Origin: Octopus vulgaris
Lineage: Eukaryota
Assembly (NCBI GenBank): GCA_951406725.2
Contig: OX597835.1
Span: 37,510,001-37,574,000 of the forward strand
Length of the DNA stretch: 64,000 bases
Direction: 5' to 3'
The position numbers were made by a program, and so were the translations under genes. Numbering within the stretch: the stretch's first letter is position 1; each line of letters opens with the position of its first letter. The notes beneath the pieces were generated by a model, which was not told the DNA's origin, did not search any database, and worked only from the letters and a program-made list of their open reading frames with translations. Shown here piece by piece: positions 27,001 through 40,694 of this stretch.

Positions 27001-27129
27001 ACCTGATGATACATTGAGGTAGAGTCATGTGACTTCTTTGGGCTTCTATGTTTGTATGTAAGTGTGTGTGTGTGTGCATGTGCTTGTGTGTGTGTGTGCA
27101 TGTGCTTGTGTGTGTGAATGTGTGTGGAT

Positions 27130-27425
27130 AAAAAGTAAAGTTGACCTTGGCAAGATTTGAACTCAGAACGTAGTAACAGATGAAATACCTATTTCTTTAC
27201 TACCCACAAAGGGGCTAAACATAAAGGAGACAAACAAGGCCAGACTTACGTATTAATTCGATTACATCGACCCCAGTGCGTAACTGGTACTTATTTAATC
27301 GACCCCGAAAGGAAGAAAGGCAAAGTCGACCCCGGCGGAATTTGAACTCAGAACATAGCGGCAGACGAAATACTGCGAAGCATTTCGTTCGGCGTGCTAA
27401 CGATTCTGCCAGCTCGCCGCCCTTG
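27130..27425 (-). mobile_element. SINE family B copies (one nested in another)
   Basis: Family B body 27188-27425 inside an older family B fragment. Confidence 0.75.
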
Positions 27426-28127
27426 ATGAAATACCATTAAGCATTTTGCCCAGAATGTTTACAATTCTTTCAGCTTGTCCCCTTAACACCATGTCAATAT
27501 TGATTATGCACATCCATGACCAAAGGCAATCTAGCCATGAACCTCCCTTCAGTTTTGATTTCAAGAATGGTGCACCTAGAAGTATACTGTCTGATGTGAT
27601 TTCTTTCTTTTAGCCAACACAGGGATTTTCATGCAGCCATTGAGTCTGCTAGAAAAAACAGCAAAATCTTCCTCAAATCGCACCCTATCATCTTAGAAAT
27701 GAATTTCTTGATTAATGTGGCTCCAAGATGCCTGCACATAGGAATAAGTGAGATGGTCATGGGTAGACTGGAACATCTTTGATTATAAATTAAAATCTGC
27801 CCAGTCAATACCGACAGTTTTCCTTTAGGATAATACTGAGTGTAATTTGAGGGAGGTTTGGCTGCTATCTCTAGCAGGCTGAATGACCACGTTAAAGTGA
27901 TGGAGCTGTTGTTGTAGCAGTTCTGATCTAATTAAGAATGGATTCCATATTGAATCTAATTAAAACACACTTTGCCAAACGTACACATCTTTATTAATAA
28001 TTGATAATAGAAGATTTTTCTGTTGTTTGAAGGGAGGCAGGTAATTAATTTTCTCTTTCGTTTCTTCTCTCTCTCTCTCTCTCTCTCTCTGCTTCTCCTT
28101 CTGACTCCCTCCCTATCTGTCTGTCTA

Positions 28128-28158
<31 letters not shown>

Positions 28159-28279
28159 GCCTGTCCGTCCTTCCGTCCTTCCATCCATCCATCTATCTAT
28201 CTATCAATCTATCTATCTAGCTATCTATCTATCAATCTGTCTCCCTGTCTGTCTGTCTCCCTGTCTGTCTGTCTATCTG

Positions 28280-28339
<60 letters not shown>

Positions 28340-28685
28340 CCTACCTATCTGCCTGATTGTCTGTCTGTCTGTCAGCATTGGCCTTCCATTTGACTGTCTC
28401 TCTTTCTCTCCCCCTCCTGTGTCTGTCAGCCATCTCTCTGACTCTTTCTCTCTTTATCTGTTTGTCTGTCTGTCTCTTTCCCTTTCTCTCTCTTTATCTG
28501 TCTGCTTGCCTGTCTGACTGTCTGTTTCTTTGTCTCTTTACCTCTTTATCCATCTATATACATTTTATCTATCAATTCATTTGTCTATCAACCTTTCTGT
28601 CAGCGTCCCAATTTATCTATCTGTATGTCTATCTGCCTGTCTGTCTATCTGTCCTATCTACCTACCTACCTATCTATCTATCTAC

Positions 28686-28782
<97 letters not shown>

Positions 28783-28789
28783 CTATTTG

Positions 28790-29370
28790 TCTATCTATCT
28801 ATCCTATTGACCTGTCTGTCTATCCTGTCAACTTGTCTATCTATCCTATTGACCTGTTTATCTATCCTGTCAACTTGTCTATCTATCCTATTGACCTGTC
28901 TATCTATCCTGTCAACTTGTCTATCTATCCTGTCAACTTGTCTATCTATCCTATTGACCTGTCTATCTATCCTGTCAACTTGTCTATCCATCCTATCGAC
29001 CTGTCTATCCATCCTATCGACTCGTCTATCTATCCTATCGACTTGTCTATCTATCCTATCGACCTGTCTATCCATCCTATCGACTTGTCTATCCATCCTA
29101 TTGACCTGTCTGTCTATCCTGTCAACTTGTCTATCTATCCTATCGACTTGTCTATCCATCCTATCGACTTGTTTATCTATCCTATTGACTTGTCTATCCA
29201 TCCTATCGACTTGTCTATCCATCCTATTGACCTGTCTATCCATCCTATCGACTTGTCTATCCATCCTATTGACTTGTCTATCCATCCTATCGACTTGTCT
29301 ATCCATCCTATTGACCTGTCTATATCCTATCGACCTGTCTATCCATCCTATTGACCTGTCTATCTATCCT
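28790..29370. repeat. 21-bp minisatellite (ctatcyatcctatygacytgt variants)
   Basis: Roughly 27 tandem units; a 7-aa period is visible in the ORF track (DRQVDRM). Confidence 0.92.
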
Positions 29371-29475
29371 GTCTTCCTGTCTGTCTGTCTGTCTATCTAC
29401 CTGTCTTTCTATCCACCTACCTGTCTATCTATCTACCTGTCTATCTATCTGTCAATCTATCCATCCTTCTATCTA

Positions 29476-29507
<32 letters not shown>

Positions 29508-29531
29508 TTTATCTATCAATCTATCTGTCTA

Positions 29532-29565
<34 letters not shown>

Positions 29566-30059
29566 CATTTGTCTATTTATCTATCTATCTATCCATCATC
29601 CTTCTAACTCTCTCTCTGTATATTTTCCTGCCCGCCCACCTTCCTATCTGTCTATCTATCTATCTATCTATCTATCTCCATATCCATCCGTTTGTCTCTC
29701 TGTCAATCTGTTTTTCTGTCTATCTGTCCTATCCATCTGCCTGTCTTATTTCTGTTTCCTTTTCAAGTATCCTAGCCAGAGGAGGATGGCCAAAGCCATG
29801 ACCTTTCCCACATGGTTTCCAAGACGGTTGAGAAGTAACCATGACTCCTCCTTGGTTGATAGGGAAGGAGAGAAAGAAGTGTGAAAATATTGAGTTATCT
29901 ACAAATAAGACGGGAAGATGTGGTCACCATGATAGTAAGAAACTGGATGGTGCGAAACTCAGCCAATAACAGGTGGCAGTGGTTCAAGTGTTAAAGTGGG
30001 CAATGACAGATTAAGCCTAACACCTAAAATCTCATTAACCCTCTCTTTCTGTTTATCTC

Positions 30060-30339
30060 AGTGTGTGTGTGTGTGTGTGTGTGTGTAAGTGTGTGTGCGT
30101 GTGAGAGTCAGTGTAAGTGCGTGTCTATGTATATAAATAAATATATATATATATATATACATATATAATACACATCATCATCATCATCATATATATATAA
30201 ATATATATACATACATACATATATATATAAATATACATACATACATATATATATATATACATTGTGTGTGTATAAATAGATAGATACAGATATGTGTATC
30301 TATGCATGTGTGTGTATGTATACATACATACATACATAT

Positions 30340-30423
<84 letters not shown>

Positions 30424-30464
30424 ATATATGTATATATATGTATGTATATATATGTATATATATG

Positions 30465-30495
<31 letters not shown>

Positions 30496-30840
30496 GTATA
30501 TATATGTATGTATGTATATATATGTATATATATGTATGTATGTATATATATGTATATATATGTATGTATGTATATATATGTATATATATGTATGTATGTA
30601 TATATATGTATATATATGTATGTATGTATATATATGTATATATATGTATGTATGTATATATATATGTATATATATATATATTTATATATATATATATACA
30701 TATATGTAAGTATGTATGTATACATACACACATATATATATGTGTGTGTGTGTGTGTGCAAACACACACACATGCATGTACACGTACACACACACACATA
30801 CACACGCACATTCACCCCTGTATACATACACACAAGCATT
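30060..30840. repeat. (TG)n/(TA)n/(TATG)n array with higher-order periodicity
   Basis: Seen directly. Confidence 0.9.
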
Positions 30841-31205
30841 GTTACTTTAACGACCATTGTTATTTTCCATGTTGGCAATATCATAATGTAATTTTCCAAA
30901 TTATTTTTTGGTGACAAAATATTACCACCACCACCACCACCACCCTCCATCCTGCTGCCACCACCAGTGCCACCAGCAGCACCACCACAACTAGCACCAC
31001 CGCAACTAGCACCACCACTGTCACCCACACTACCATTCTTGTATCTACTTGTCTGTATTTGCAATGCCCCCCCTTCATGAAATGTCCCTGTAGTAATTTT
31101 TAAAGAATCTTAACATTATTTTTATCATTATTATTATCATTATTATTATCATTATTATTATCATTATTATTATTATTATCATTATTATCATTATTATTAT
31201 TATTA

Positions 31206-31236
<31 letters not shown>

Positions 31237-31699
31237 CGTCATAAGGTTGTAAGCTTGCAGAATTGTTAGCAAGCTGAGCAAAATGCTTAGCAGTATTTCT
31301 TATGTGCTGAGTTCAAATTCAACTAAGGTCAACTTTACTTTTTATCTTTTCAGGGTTGATAAATTAAGTACCAGTGAAATTCTAGGGTTTATGTAATCAA
31401 CTAGTCCCGACCTGCAAAACTGCAGGCCTTGTGACTACACTAGAAGGATTACTATTATTATTATTTATAAGAAGGTGGCAAGCTAGTTGAAACATTAGCA
31501 TGCCAGGCAAAATGCTTAGCGGTATTTCATCTGTCTTTGTATTCTGAGTTCAGATTTCGCTGAGATTGACTGTGCCTTTCATCCTTTCGGGGTCGATAAA
31601 TTACGTTCCAGTTGTGTATTGGGGGCAATCTAATCGACTAGTCTCCTTCCACAAAATTTCGGGCCTTGTGTCTAGAGTAGAAAAGATTATTATTATAAT

Positions 31700-32070
31700 G
31701 TGGCTGTGTGGTAAGTAGCTTGCTTACCAACCACATGGTTCCAGGTTCATTCCCACAGTGTGGCACCTTGGGCAAGTGTCTTCTACTATAGCCTCGGGCC
31801 GACCAAAGCCTTGTGATTTGGTAGACGGAAACCGAAAGCAGCCCATCGTATATATGTATATATATATATATATGTATGTGTGTGTATATGTTTGACAACT
31901 GATGATGGTGTGTTTACATCCCCGTAACTTAGCTGTTCAGCAAAAGAGACCGATAGACTAAGTACTAGGCTTCCAAAGAATAAGCCCTGGGGGTCGATTT
32001 GCTCGACTAAAGGTGGTGCTCCAGTATGGCCACAGTTAAATGACTGAAACAAGTAAAGGAGCAAAAGAGT
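31700..32070 (+). mobile_element. SINE family A
   Basis: Homology to other copies. Confidence 0.85.
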
Positions 32071-32899
32071 ATCATTATTATTTTCACAGGGTTTAGCTTA
32101 AAGAAACTGATAAAAAAATCTTCAGTGACCGATCCAAAAGCACAGAGTATTAAATGTCTATTGGTACAATGGTAAGTGCTGTCACTAAAGTCCTCTGTGT
32201 TCAAATTCCACCAAGATCAGCTTCCAATTTTTTCTCTCTTCTGTATGGATGTGGTCTAGTGGTAAGGGTGTTGTATTCACAATCCATTGATTATGGTTTC
32301 AATTCTGAGACTGGGTATGGAAAACTGACATTAAATGGTGATAATGATGATAATGATGATGGTGCTGATGGTGTTGCTGCTGCTGCTGATGATGACGATG
32401 TTAATGATGATTATGACAATGATGTCAGTGATGATGATGGTGCTGCTGCCGATGGTGATGATGATGATCATCATCATCATATCTCCTTATTGAAATTATT
32501 ATTTCAGGAACCGTTATTAATATTGTTGTCATCATTATCACTATTATTGTCTTCATCACCATCGTCGTCATTATCACCATCATTATTATCATTGTCATTA
32601 TCACTATTGACCTCCTCCTCCTTTTCCTACTTCCATCATCATTATAATCAACATCATCATTGCTACCTCCACCACCACCACCACCATCTTCATCATTACA
32701 ACTTTTGTTGTCGTTAAAGCAGCTGCAAATATTGTATTAACATTATTGGTAAAGCCATAATGTATTGTTTATGTTTTTGTCTTGTCTAGCATATATTTAA
32801 ACTGTATTGCCCTTGAGGCTAACAATGAAATCTGTGTTGCTGTTAATATTAATATATAGAAATGATAACATTCTAAGTTAATTAGCAGAGATATTATTA

Positions 32900-33760
32900 T
32901 TCTTAGGTTCGGTGACAACAAGTCTCAAATCTTAAGAATCTTTCTGTGGATTCTTGCAGAAACCAGGAGGTTTCTTTTGTGCATGTTCACAATAAATGTC
33001 TCAATTAGAATATTCTTCAGTCTCCTCCGCACCAGTGGGTGTTCTGCAGAGAGCATGATAAAAATGGTTTCCATCTTTATAATCTACAATCTGTTCATCT
33101 CTCTCTCAGTTTTCTTGGTTTGCTTGATATCCATTCTTTAATATGGGTTTGCTAAGTCAACGATTTTACAGTGTTTGTTGTTTTTGGCTTCCATAATTGT
33201 ATCCAGTTTCTTTTCTTCAATAATGTGATCAATCTCTTTTCGTAAAATGCTCTAAAATCTTGTAATTGTCATTAATATTTAGAGTCTCATGTCTCATGTT
33301 CTTACAACATTTCTATCACTTCAAATACACAAAAATGGCTAACATCCAAAATCACATTTTTATACACTCAGTCATGTCTGCTTTTATACTCCTTCCATGG
33401 TAGCTTACTGCACTCTGTTGATAGTTGATACTTTTGTTCACTTTTCTACACATTCTGTGTTTGCTGTCTGACTGAGTTCTATCAATCTTTGTCTTTATCA
33501 AATTCATTCTTATGGCTTGTTCCTGAGTGGCTACTATTAGCCATTCAGTTTTTTCATGCAAGGTTCCAATCACTCAGCCACAACCAGTGTCCTTTATTTA
33601 CAACTTACTTGATTTCTCTTATTTACTGTTCAAGTAATTCTTTCTCTTTCTAGCAATTTGTCATGTGAAATCTTTCTATTCTTGAAATAGTTCACTGCTT
33701 CAATGACTATTTTGAAATTTCCAGTTGCAGATAACTTTCTTTCATCCCATGATACAACGT
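32900..33760 (-). mobile_element. Highly degenerate REL-type non-LTR fragment
   Basis: KTEWLIVATQEQAIRMNLIKTKIDRTQSDSKHRMC resembles the segment preceding the CCHC knuckle. Confidence 0.65.
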
Positions 33761-33908
33761 AAGTCATTGAAATCTGAAATTGCAATATTTATGGTGTGTT
33801 CTACATTTGACAAAACTCTGTCTCTTTCCCTTCTTGCTCTTTAAGATGGTGTGCATTATGTATTTTAATGATGATGATGATGATGCCACAGCCTTTGGGC
33901 TGAAACAC

Positions 33909-33943
<35 letters not shown>

Positions 33944-34277
33944 AATAATAATGATAATAATAATAATAATAATGATAATAATAATAATAATAGGCTCTAA
34001 TGGCTTCTGATCTTAATTGAATGGAAGTGTTATCATGTACATTGGTTTGTCTTGGTATAAAAGATGGGCTACAGCAAATAATAATAATAATAACAATAGT
34101 ATTAAGAAGGAGAGGAAAAGAAAGAGACAGCACTTCTTGGTACAGCAAGGATCTTAAAGGAAGTCTTGTCTATGTAAGGCATAGGAGAGGAAGCAGTAAG
34201 GGTTCCTTTGGTAACTTGTTGACTGTTCCCTATCTGACTGGACTGTTTAACATTCAAGTGTTTGGGATTTGCAAAAA

Positions 34278-34630
34278 TCATCATCATCATCATCATCGTT
34301 TAACGTCCGTTTTCCATGCTAGCATGGGTTGGACGGTTCAGCCTGGGTCTGGGAAGCCAGAAGGCTGCACCAGGCTCCAGTCTGATCTGGCAGTGTTTCT
34401 ACAGCTTGATGCCCTTCCTAACGCCAACCACTCCGTGAATGTAGTGGGTGCTTTTTACGTGCCACCGATACAGAGGCCAGTAGAGGCTGGCAACGGCCAT
34501 GATCGGTTGGTGCTTTTTACGTGCCACCGACACAGAGGCCAGTAGAGGCGGTGCTGGCAACACCTCATTCAGATGGTTCTTTTACGTGCCACCGGCACAG
34601 GTATAACAACTGCAATTTCCATTGATTTTT
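34278..34630 (-). mobile_element. Repeat family E (SINE-like, (GAT)n tail, internal tandem units)
   Basis: catcatcgtttaacgtccgttttccatgctagcatggg... with repeated ttttacgtgccaccg; homologues at 39865-40310 and 45790-46160. Confidence 0.8.
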
Positions 34631-35064
34631 GATATAATAATAGCTAGCAATAACAGTAACAACAACTTTAGCAAACTATTTGTTAAAGTTGCTGGTTCAT
34701 CTGCAAGCACAGCATGAGCACTGTGTGACTGGAGATGAAAAACAGAACAATTATGAAGATCCAGAGGACTTGTTTGAAAGGTGAGCAGAAAAGTTATCTG
34801 AACCTTGCCCCTAGAAAGGACAGGAATGATAGAATGTGCATGGTAACATGTTGATACAGATATAGAGAAAATTCGAAGGAAAGGAAGGTTTATAGATGCC
34901 TAAGTAGAGAATTTCTTTGATAATATGGGACAGTGAAACATTGTTGTTTGCAGCAGACAATTTGGAACAGTGCTTGTCAAATCCCCATCTAAAGTTGAAG
35001 CTAAGGGCCAGTTAAGGGTGAAGAGTTTATCTCAGGGAAGCTGAGGCTGGTTGATGTAAAAACT

Positions 35065-35390
35065 GGCACTCCATTGGTTAAGACAACAAGGGTTCAAGTT
35101 GATTTGATCAATGGAACATCCTACTTGTAAAATGAAGGTGCGAGTGGCTGAGTACTCCACAGACGTGTGTAACCTTAATGTAGTGTTCAGGGAGATTCAG
35201 CGGAACACAGAAGGTGACAAGGCTTGCTCTTGTGAAATACAGGTACTACTTATTTTTTGCCAACTGGGTGAACTGGAGCAATGTGAAATAAAGTGTCTTG
35301 CTCAAGGACACAACATGCCATTGAGAATAGAACTCATGACATTATGATTGCGAACTGAATATCCTAACCACTTGTTCATACACTTTCACA
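35065..35390 (-). mobile_element. SINE family C
   Basis: Homology to 60925-61240. Confidence 0.8.
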
Positions 35391-36566
35391 GCTGATGTAC
35401 CTATAGAAAGAAACCTATAATGGCTGGTTGTTAGCATTTTTACCGAGGAATGAGATGAAGTGACTGCATCAAGGAACCCAACAAGGAACTTAACGAGGAT
35501 ACAAATGGCATTCCTGACCCAAAAGAATCATAAAAATCTTGATGTCATCTCTGACTTCATCAGTCTACCAAATAGCATTTAGCCATTTATAGAAGTAGAA
35601 AGGAGAAAGTTTAGATACCAGATGTGGAATGAATGAAAGGAGTTCATTAACTCCAGATGGTAGAAGAATTCCCAGTTCTTTCAGATGGAGAGTGGTAGTG
35701 TTATTGATAAAGGGTGTGAATAAAGGTATCATTATCAATAATTTTCTGTCTATTATAATGCTGTTGAATACAGGGTTTAAAACTCTGGCCATGGTACACT
35801 CATTTCGCCCGGCGTGCTAACGATTCCGCCAGCTCGCTGCCTTTTAACCGAATCTTCTTAACCAAATCCATAATGATGATTGCTTTAACAGCCTTCCTTT
35901 GCTTGAGAAGCACAAATAGTTTTTTTTACACATGTGGTGGTTATGAAAAAAGAGGTTGCATGTCAGATGTGAATGAAAGGATTGAGAACACACACTTTCA
36001 TCATCAACCAAGCTTTTCTTCAAGTTCCATTCAGAGAAGGCAGTGAGAAAATGGAAAAGGAAGGATTAAACTGCAGTAAATTTATTGAAAGATTTGCGAG
36101 AGTGATGAACCTTGCTCAAATTATTGGACCTATATTCAGTATATGCTTAAGGACCAAGGACTAGAGCAAGGGGACGACTTTGGGGATGACGTTTACTAAT
36201 GAAAGTCTGTGTAATCCTCAACAGAGAAGATTCCTTGATTGGTGCTTTTGCAGTATTCTTGTTTAGGACATTACCATATTTTGTAGACTGTGTGTATTAA
36301 TTGCTTTTCCTTTTATTATTTTAATGTAAACCAAAGCAGCGAACTGGCAGAACCATTAGCATGGCTGGCACAAAAGGCTTAGCACCATTTCATCCGTCCT
36401 TATATTCTGAATACAAATTCTGTCAAGATCAACCTTGTCTTTCATCCTTTTGTCGGGGTCAACAAAATAAGTACCAGTTATACTCTGGAACTTGATGTAA
36501 TTGACTCACCCCATCCTTCGAAATTTCAGGCCTTGTGCCTATACTAGAAAGGACTATTTTAATGTG

Positions 36567-37108
36567 AAGGTGAGTGGTTTAATGGTTAGGGTAACCAGCT
36601 CATGATCGTAAGGTTGTGAGTTCAATTCCTGGCCATACATTGTGTCCTTGAGCAAGACACTTTATTTCACATTGCTCCAGTCCACTCAGCTGTAGAAATG
36701 AGTTGCACCTGTTGTTTGTTGTTTTCCCCTTCTCTTCTTTCTTCCTTTCTTCTAATTCTCCTACTTCTTCCTTTTCTCTTCCCCTCCTCCTCCTCTTCTA
36801 ATTTTTCCTCCTTTCTTCTTCCACCTCCTCTCTTCTTCCACTTCCTCTCTTCTCCCACTTCCACTCTTCTCCCACCTCCTCTCTTCTTCCTCCTTCTCTC
36901 TTGTTCCTCCTCCTCTCCTCTTCTCCCTCCTCCTCCGCCTCCTCCAGCCTTGTCATACTCTGTGTCACGCTGAATATCCCCAGAGAACTACATTAAGGAT
37001 ACGCATGTCTGTGGAGTACTCAGCCACTTGTAAGTTAATTTCACGAGCAGGCTTTTCTGTTGATCAGATCGACTAGAACCTTTGTCATCGTAGGCGACAG
37101 AGCGCCAG
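36567..37108 (+). mobile_element. SINE family C interrupted by a pyrimidine tract
   Basis: Head to 36712 and tail from 36945 match 60925-61240. Confidence 0.8.
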
Positions 37109-37899
37109 TTATAATGTAAACCTCCTCACTTTTTGTTACATGTCCTTGTCTTTTACTCCCAATAATGGCCCTTGTGGCAACAATAAAGACAAAATTATTA
37201 TAATTATCTCTATTGCTATATTTTATATTTCCTAGTTTTGTTTGTGGTTGCTGTTGTTGTTGTCGTTGTTGTTGATGTTGCTGTTATTACATGTTGTTGT
37301 TGTTGTTGTTGCTATCAATTGCTTCATTGTCATTATTCCTCTTGTCATTGTTACCGTTTCTTTTACATGCTTTGTTTCCAGAATATTTTCGTTTTAAATT
37401 CTTCTTCCTCCCTCCCTCCCTCTTCTTTTGTTTTATCTCTCCAAACTTTTATTCTACGTTCTTTTATTTCACTTGTTTTCCTTTCTAATTTTCATCTTCT
37501 TCCGTCAATGCATTTGGTTGGTTAGCGTTTGAATGATAGACGAATGAGTTGAATGAACAAACGAGTCGAGTCGTTAAAGTTACTGGTTGTTATAGTTTCA
37601 AAAAATAAAAACCAACATAAGGAAAATAATAAAAAAAAAAAAAAACCAAACCAAACGAAAAAGCCAAGGTCCTAGCTGCCGGTTAGATTAAACAATGGCA
37701 GACCACTTCTTCGGCAGTGTTCATTAGAAAAAGGTTATTAAATATATTATTTTCGAGCCAGCATCTCCATCGTTGAAAGGTCATGTTCTTGTTGTAAATT
37801 GAAGCTGGTTGTGGCTTGGCATGAGTCACGAACAAACCAAAAATGGCAACTAATATAAATTGATTAACTGCGAGAGAGAATGAAGAAGCATTGTTGCTT

Positions 37900-38730
37900 T
37901 GCTTCTTCGCTTATCTTCTTCCTTTCTTTTTTTTTTTCCCCTCTTATCATTCGTTTGTTGTTTTCCCCCATCTCTTCCTTCTTCCTTTCTTCTAATTCTT
38001 CTTCTACTTCTTCCTTTTCTCCTCTCCAACTCCTCCTCTTCTACTTCTTCCTTTTCTCCTCTCCAACTCCTCCTCTTCTACTTCTTCCTTTTCTCCTCTC
38101 CAACTCCTCCTCTTCTAATTTTCCTCCTCTTCTTCCTCCTTCTCCTCCTCCTTCTCTCCTCTTTCTCCTCTCCTGTCCTCTTCTTCTTCCTCCTCCTCTC
38201 TTCTTCCACCTCCTCTCTTCTTCCTCTTCCTCTCTTCTTCCTCCTCCTCTCTCCTTCCTCTTCCTCTCATTCTTTTTCCTCCTCCTTCTACCTCACCTTC
38301 TCTTCTTCCTCTTCCTCTCTTCTTCCTCCTCCTCTCTCCTTCCTCTTCCTCTCTTCTTTTTTCTCCTCCTTCTACCTCCCCCTCTCTTCCTCCTCCTCCT
38401 CTCTTCTACCTCCCCCTCTCCTGTCCTACTCCTCCTCTCCACTTCTTCCTTCTCCTCCTCCTCTTTCTCCTAATTGTTCCTCCTCTTCTTCCTCTCATTT
38501 TCCTCCTCCTCCTCCTCTCTTATTTTCCTCCTTTTCTCCTCTTCTCATTTCCTCCCCCTCCTCCTCCTCATCTCCTTCTTTGCAGCTGCCTTCACTGCAA
38601 ACCTCTCCGTCTCCCCACTGTCTGCTCCAAATTCCATTTCATCATTGCCCCTTTTCTCTCTCTCCCTCTCTCTCTCTCCCTCTCCCCTTTCTCTCTCTCT
38701 CTCTCTCTCCTTCTTACTCCTTAATCTTCA
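37900..38730. repeat. Long polypyrimidine low-complexity tract
   Basis: (CCT/CTT/CT)n with a 37-bp unit repeated about 3 times near 38003-38115. Confidence 0.9.
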
Positions 38731-39074
38731 TTGCTTTTAAATCATAAAACAACACAACACAGCAGCAACTATAAAACTATTACTTAACTCCAGCTCTGTA
38801 ACTATAAGTGTTACTTCAAATAAACCATTTGTTATATCTTCAACTAGAAATGCAAACTCTATTTCAGTTACAATGTCATCTGCCAACTGAAATTCAGTTC
38901 CAACAGTAAATTCCACTGCAATTTAACCTGAAAGACTATCTTTAAATGCAAACTTGATATGCAAACCAAAAATTCAACAGTAAACTTTAACCTCAACTTC
39001 ATTCTAGAATTCAACTTTGATTTAAGTTGAAAACTATCTTTAAATGTAAACTGTTCCTTTGCTTCTTCCTCCCA

Positions 39075-39655
39075 TGGAGTGGCTGTGTGGTAAGTAGCTT
39101 GCTTACCAACCACATGGTTCCGGGTTCAATCCCACTGCGTGGCACTTTGGGCAAGTGTCTTCTACTATAGCCTCAGGCCGATCAATGCCTTGTGAGTGGA
39201 TTTGGTAGACGGAAACTGAAAGAAGCCTGTCATATATATGTATATGTATATATTGGTAAAAATGGTAAGATAAGATAAGAGAGGAGGAGAACGAGGAAGA
39301 AGAAGAGGAGGAGGAGGGGAGGAGAAAAGGAAGATGTAGAAGAATTAGAAGAAAGGAAGAAGGAAGAGATGGGGAAAACAACAAACGAATGATAAGAGGG
39401 AAAATAAGGAATATGTATATGTATATATACATATATATATATATACATATATATGTATATGTATATATATATGTGTGTGTTTGTGTGTCTGTGTTTGTCC
39501 CCCCAACATCGCTTGACAACCAATGCTGGTGTGTTTACGTCCCTGTAACTTAGCAGTTCGGCAAAAGAGACCGACAGAATAAGTACTAGGCTTACAAAGA
39601 ATAAAAACGGTGCTCCAGTCAAATGACTGAAACAAGTAAAAGAGTAAAGAGAGAG
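39075..39655 (+). mobile_element. SINE family A with captured purine tract
   Basis: Family A head and tail with an extra insert at 39253-39410. Confidence 0.85.
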
Positions 39656-39864
39656 TGTAAATTCGACTACAAACTTTAACTTCAGCTGCATCCTAAAACT
39701 GAACAGTAATTTAAGCTGAAAACTACCTTTAAATGCAAACTGTAAATTCAGGTGCAAACTTTAACCTTTTAGCATTCAGATTATTCTGTCAAATGTAAAG
39801 TTTATGTATTCGCACCATGTAAAATTAATCTTGCATCATTTCATAGCTTTGAGATTTCAATGAT

Positions 39865-40310
39865 GTCATCATCATCATCATCATTGTTTAGCATCCGCTT
39901 TCCATGCTACCATGGGTTGGACGGTTCAACTGGGGTCTGGGAAGCCAGTAGGCTGCACCAGGCTCTGGTCTGATCTGGCAGTGTTTCTACGGCTGGATGC
40001 CCTTCCTAACGCCAACCACTCCATGAGTGTAGTGGGTGCTTTTTACGTGCCACCAGCACAGGTGGCAGATGAGGCTGGCAAACGGCCACGATCGAATGGT
40101 TCTTTTTACGTGCCACCGGCACGGGGGCCAGGCGAGGCTGGCAACGGCCACGAACGGAGGGTGCTTTTTACGTGCCACCGGCATGAGGCCAGTCGGGGCG
40201 GTGCTGGCAACGGCCACGTTCGGATGGTTCTCTTACATGCCACCGGCACTGGTATCACAGCTAGTTCTCTTACGTGCCACCGGCACTGGTATCACAGCTG
40301 TGATTGTTTA
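39865..40310 (-). mobile_element. Repeat family E
   Basis: Five tacrtgccacc-containing units. Confidence 0.8.
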
Positions 40311-40660
40311 TTTTTAAAACGACACAATAAGGTAGCTATGAATGACCATATCTGACTAGTTTGAACATAAAACAGGTAGAATATTTTAGCTGGATATGGC
40401 TGGTTTAAACACTAAAGGCTTAACCTAAGACCCATCTGCCACAGCAGAACTGATGGTGATGCTGGTGCCACATACAAAAGCACTCGTGTTGCTACCATGT
40501 TAAAAGTACCCAGTACACTCTATGGAGCGGCTGGTGTTAGGAAGGGCATCCAGCTTCAGAAACCATTCCAGATCAGACAATGGAGCCTGGTGTGGGACGC
40601 TGGTCTTACTAGCTCCAGTCCAACCATCCGACCCATGTCAGCATGGAAAACAGATTTTAA

Positions 40661-40694
<34 letters not shown>

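Noticed and set aside
28790-29370. CRISPR-like appearance
   Set aside because: The units are contiguous without unique spacers, the context is eukaryotic and there are no cas genes.
28357-29884. 416-aa and overlapping ORFs
   Set aside because: They are products of (TCTA)n and a 21-bp minisatellite.
30125-31064. YI/CV-rich ORFs (also near 16-17, 19, 25, 41, 56, 59 and 63 kb)
   Set aside because: Di- and tetranucleotide repeat artefacts.
32154-32717. 187-aa Asp/His/Ser-rich ORF
   Set aside because: Degenerate trinucleotide repeats plus SINE fragments.
37880-38747. Leu/Ser/Pro-rich ORFs
   Set aside because: Polypyrimidine tract that lacks stop codons by composition.
39865-40310. Repeat-spacer-like pattern
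   Set aside because: The intervening segments are homologous to one another and to other family E copies, so these are tandem units, not spacers.
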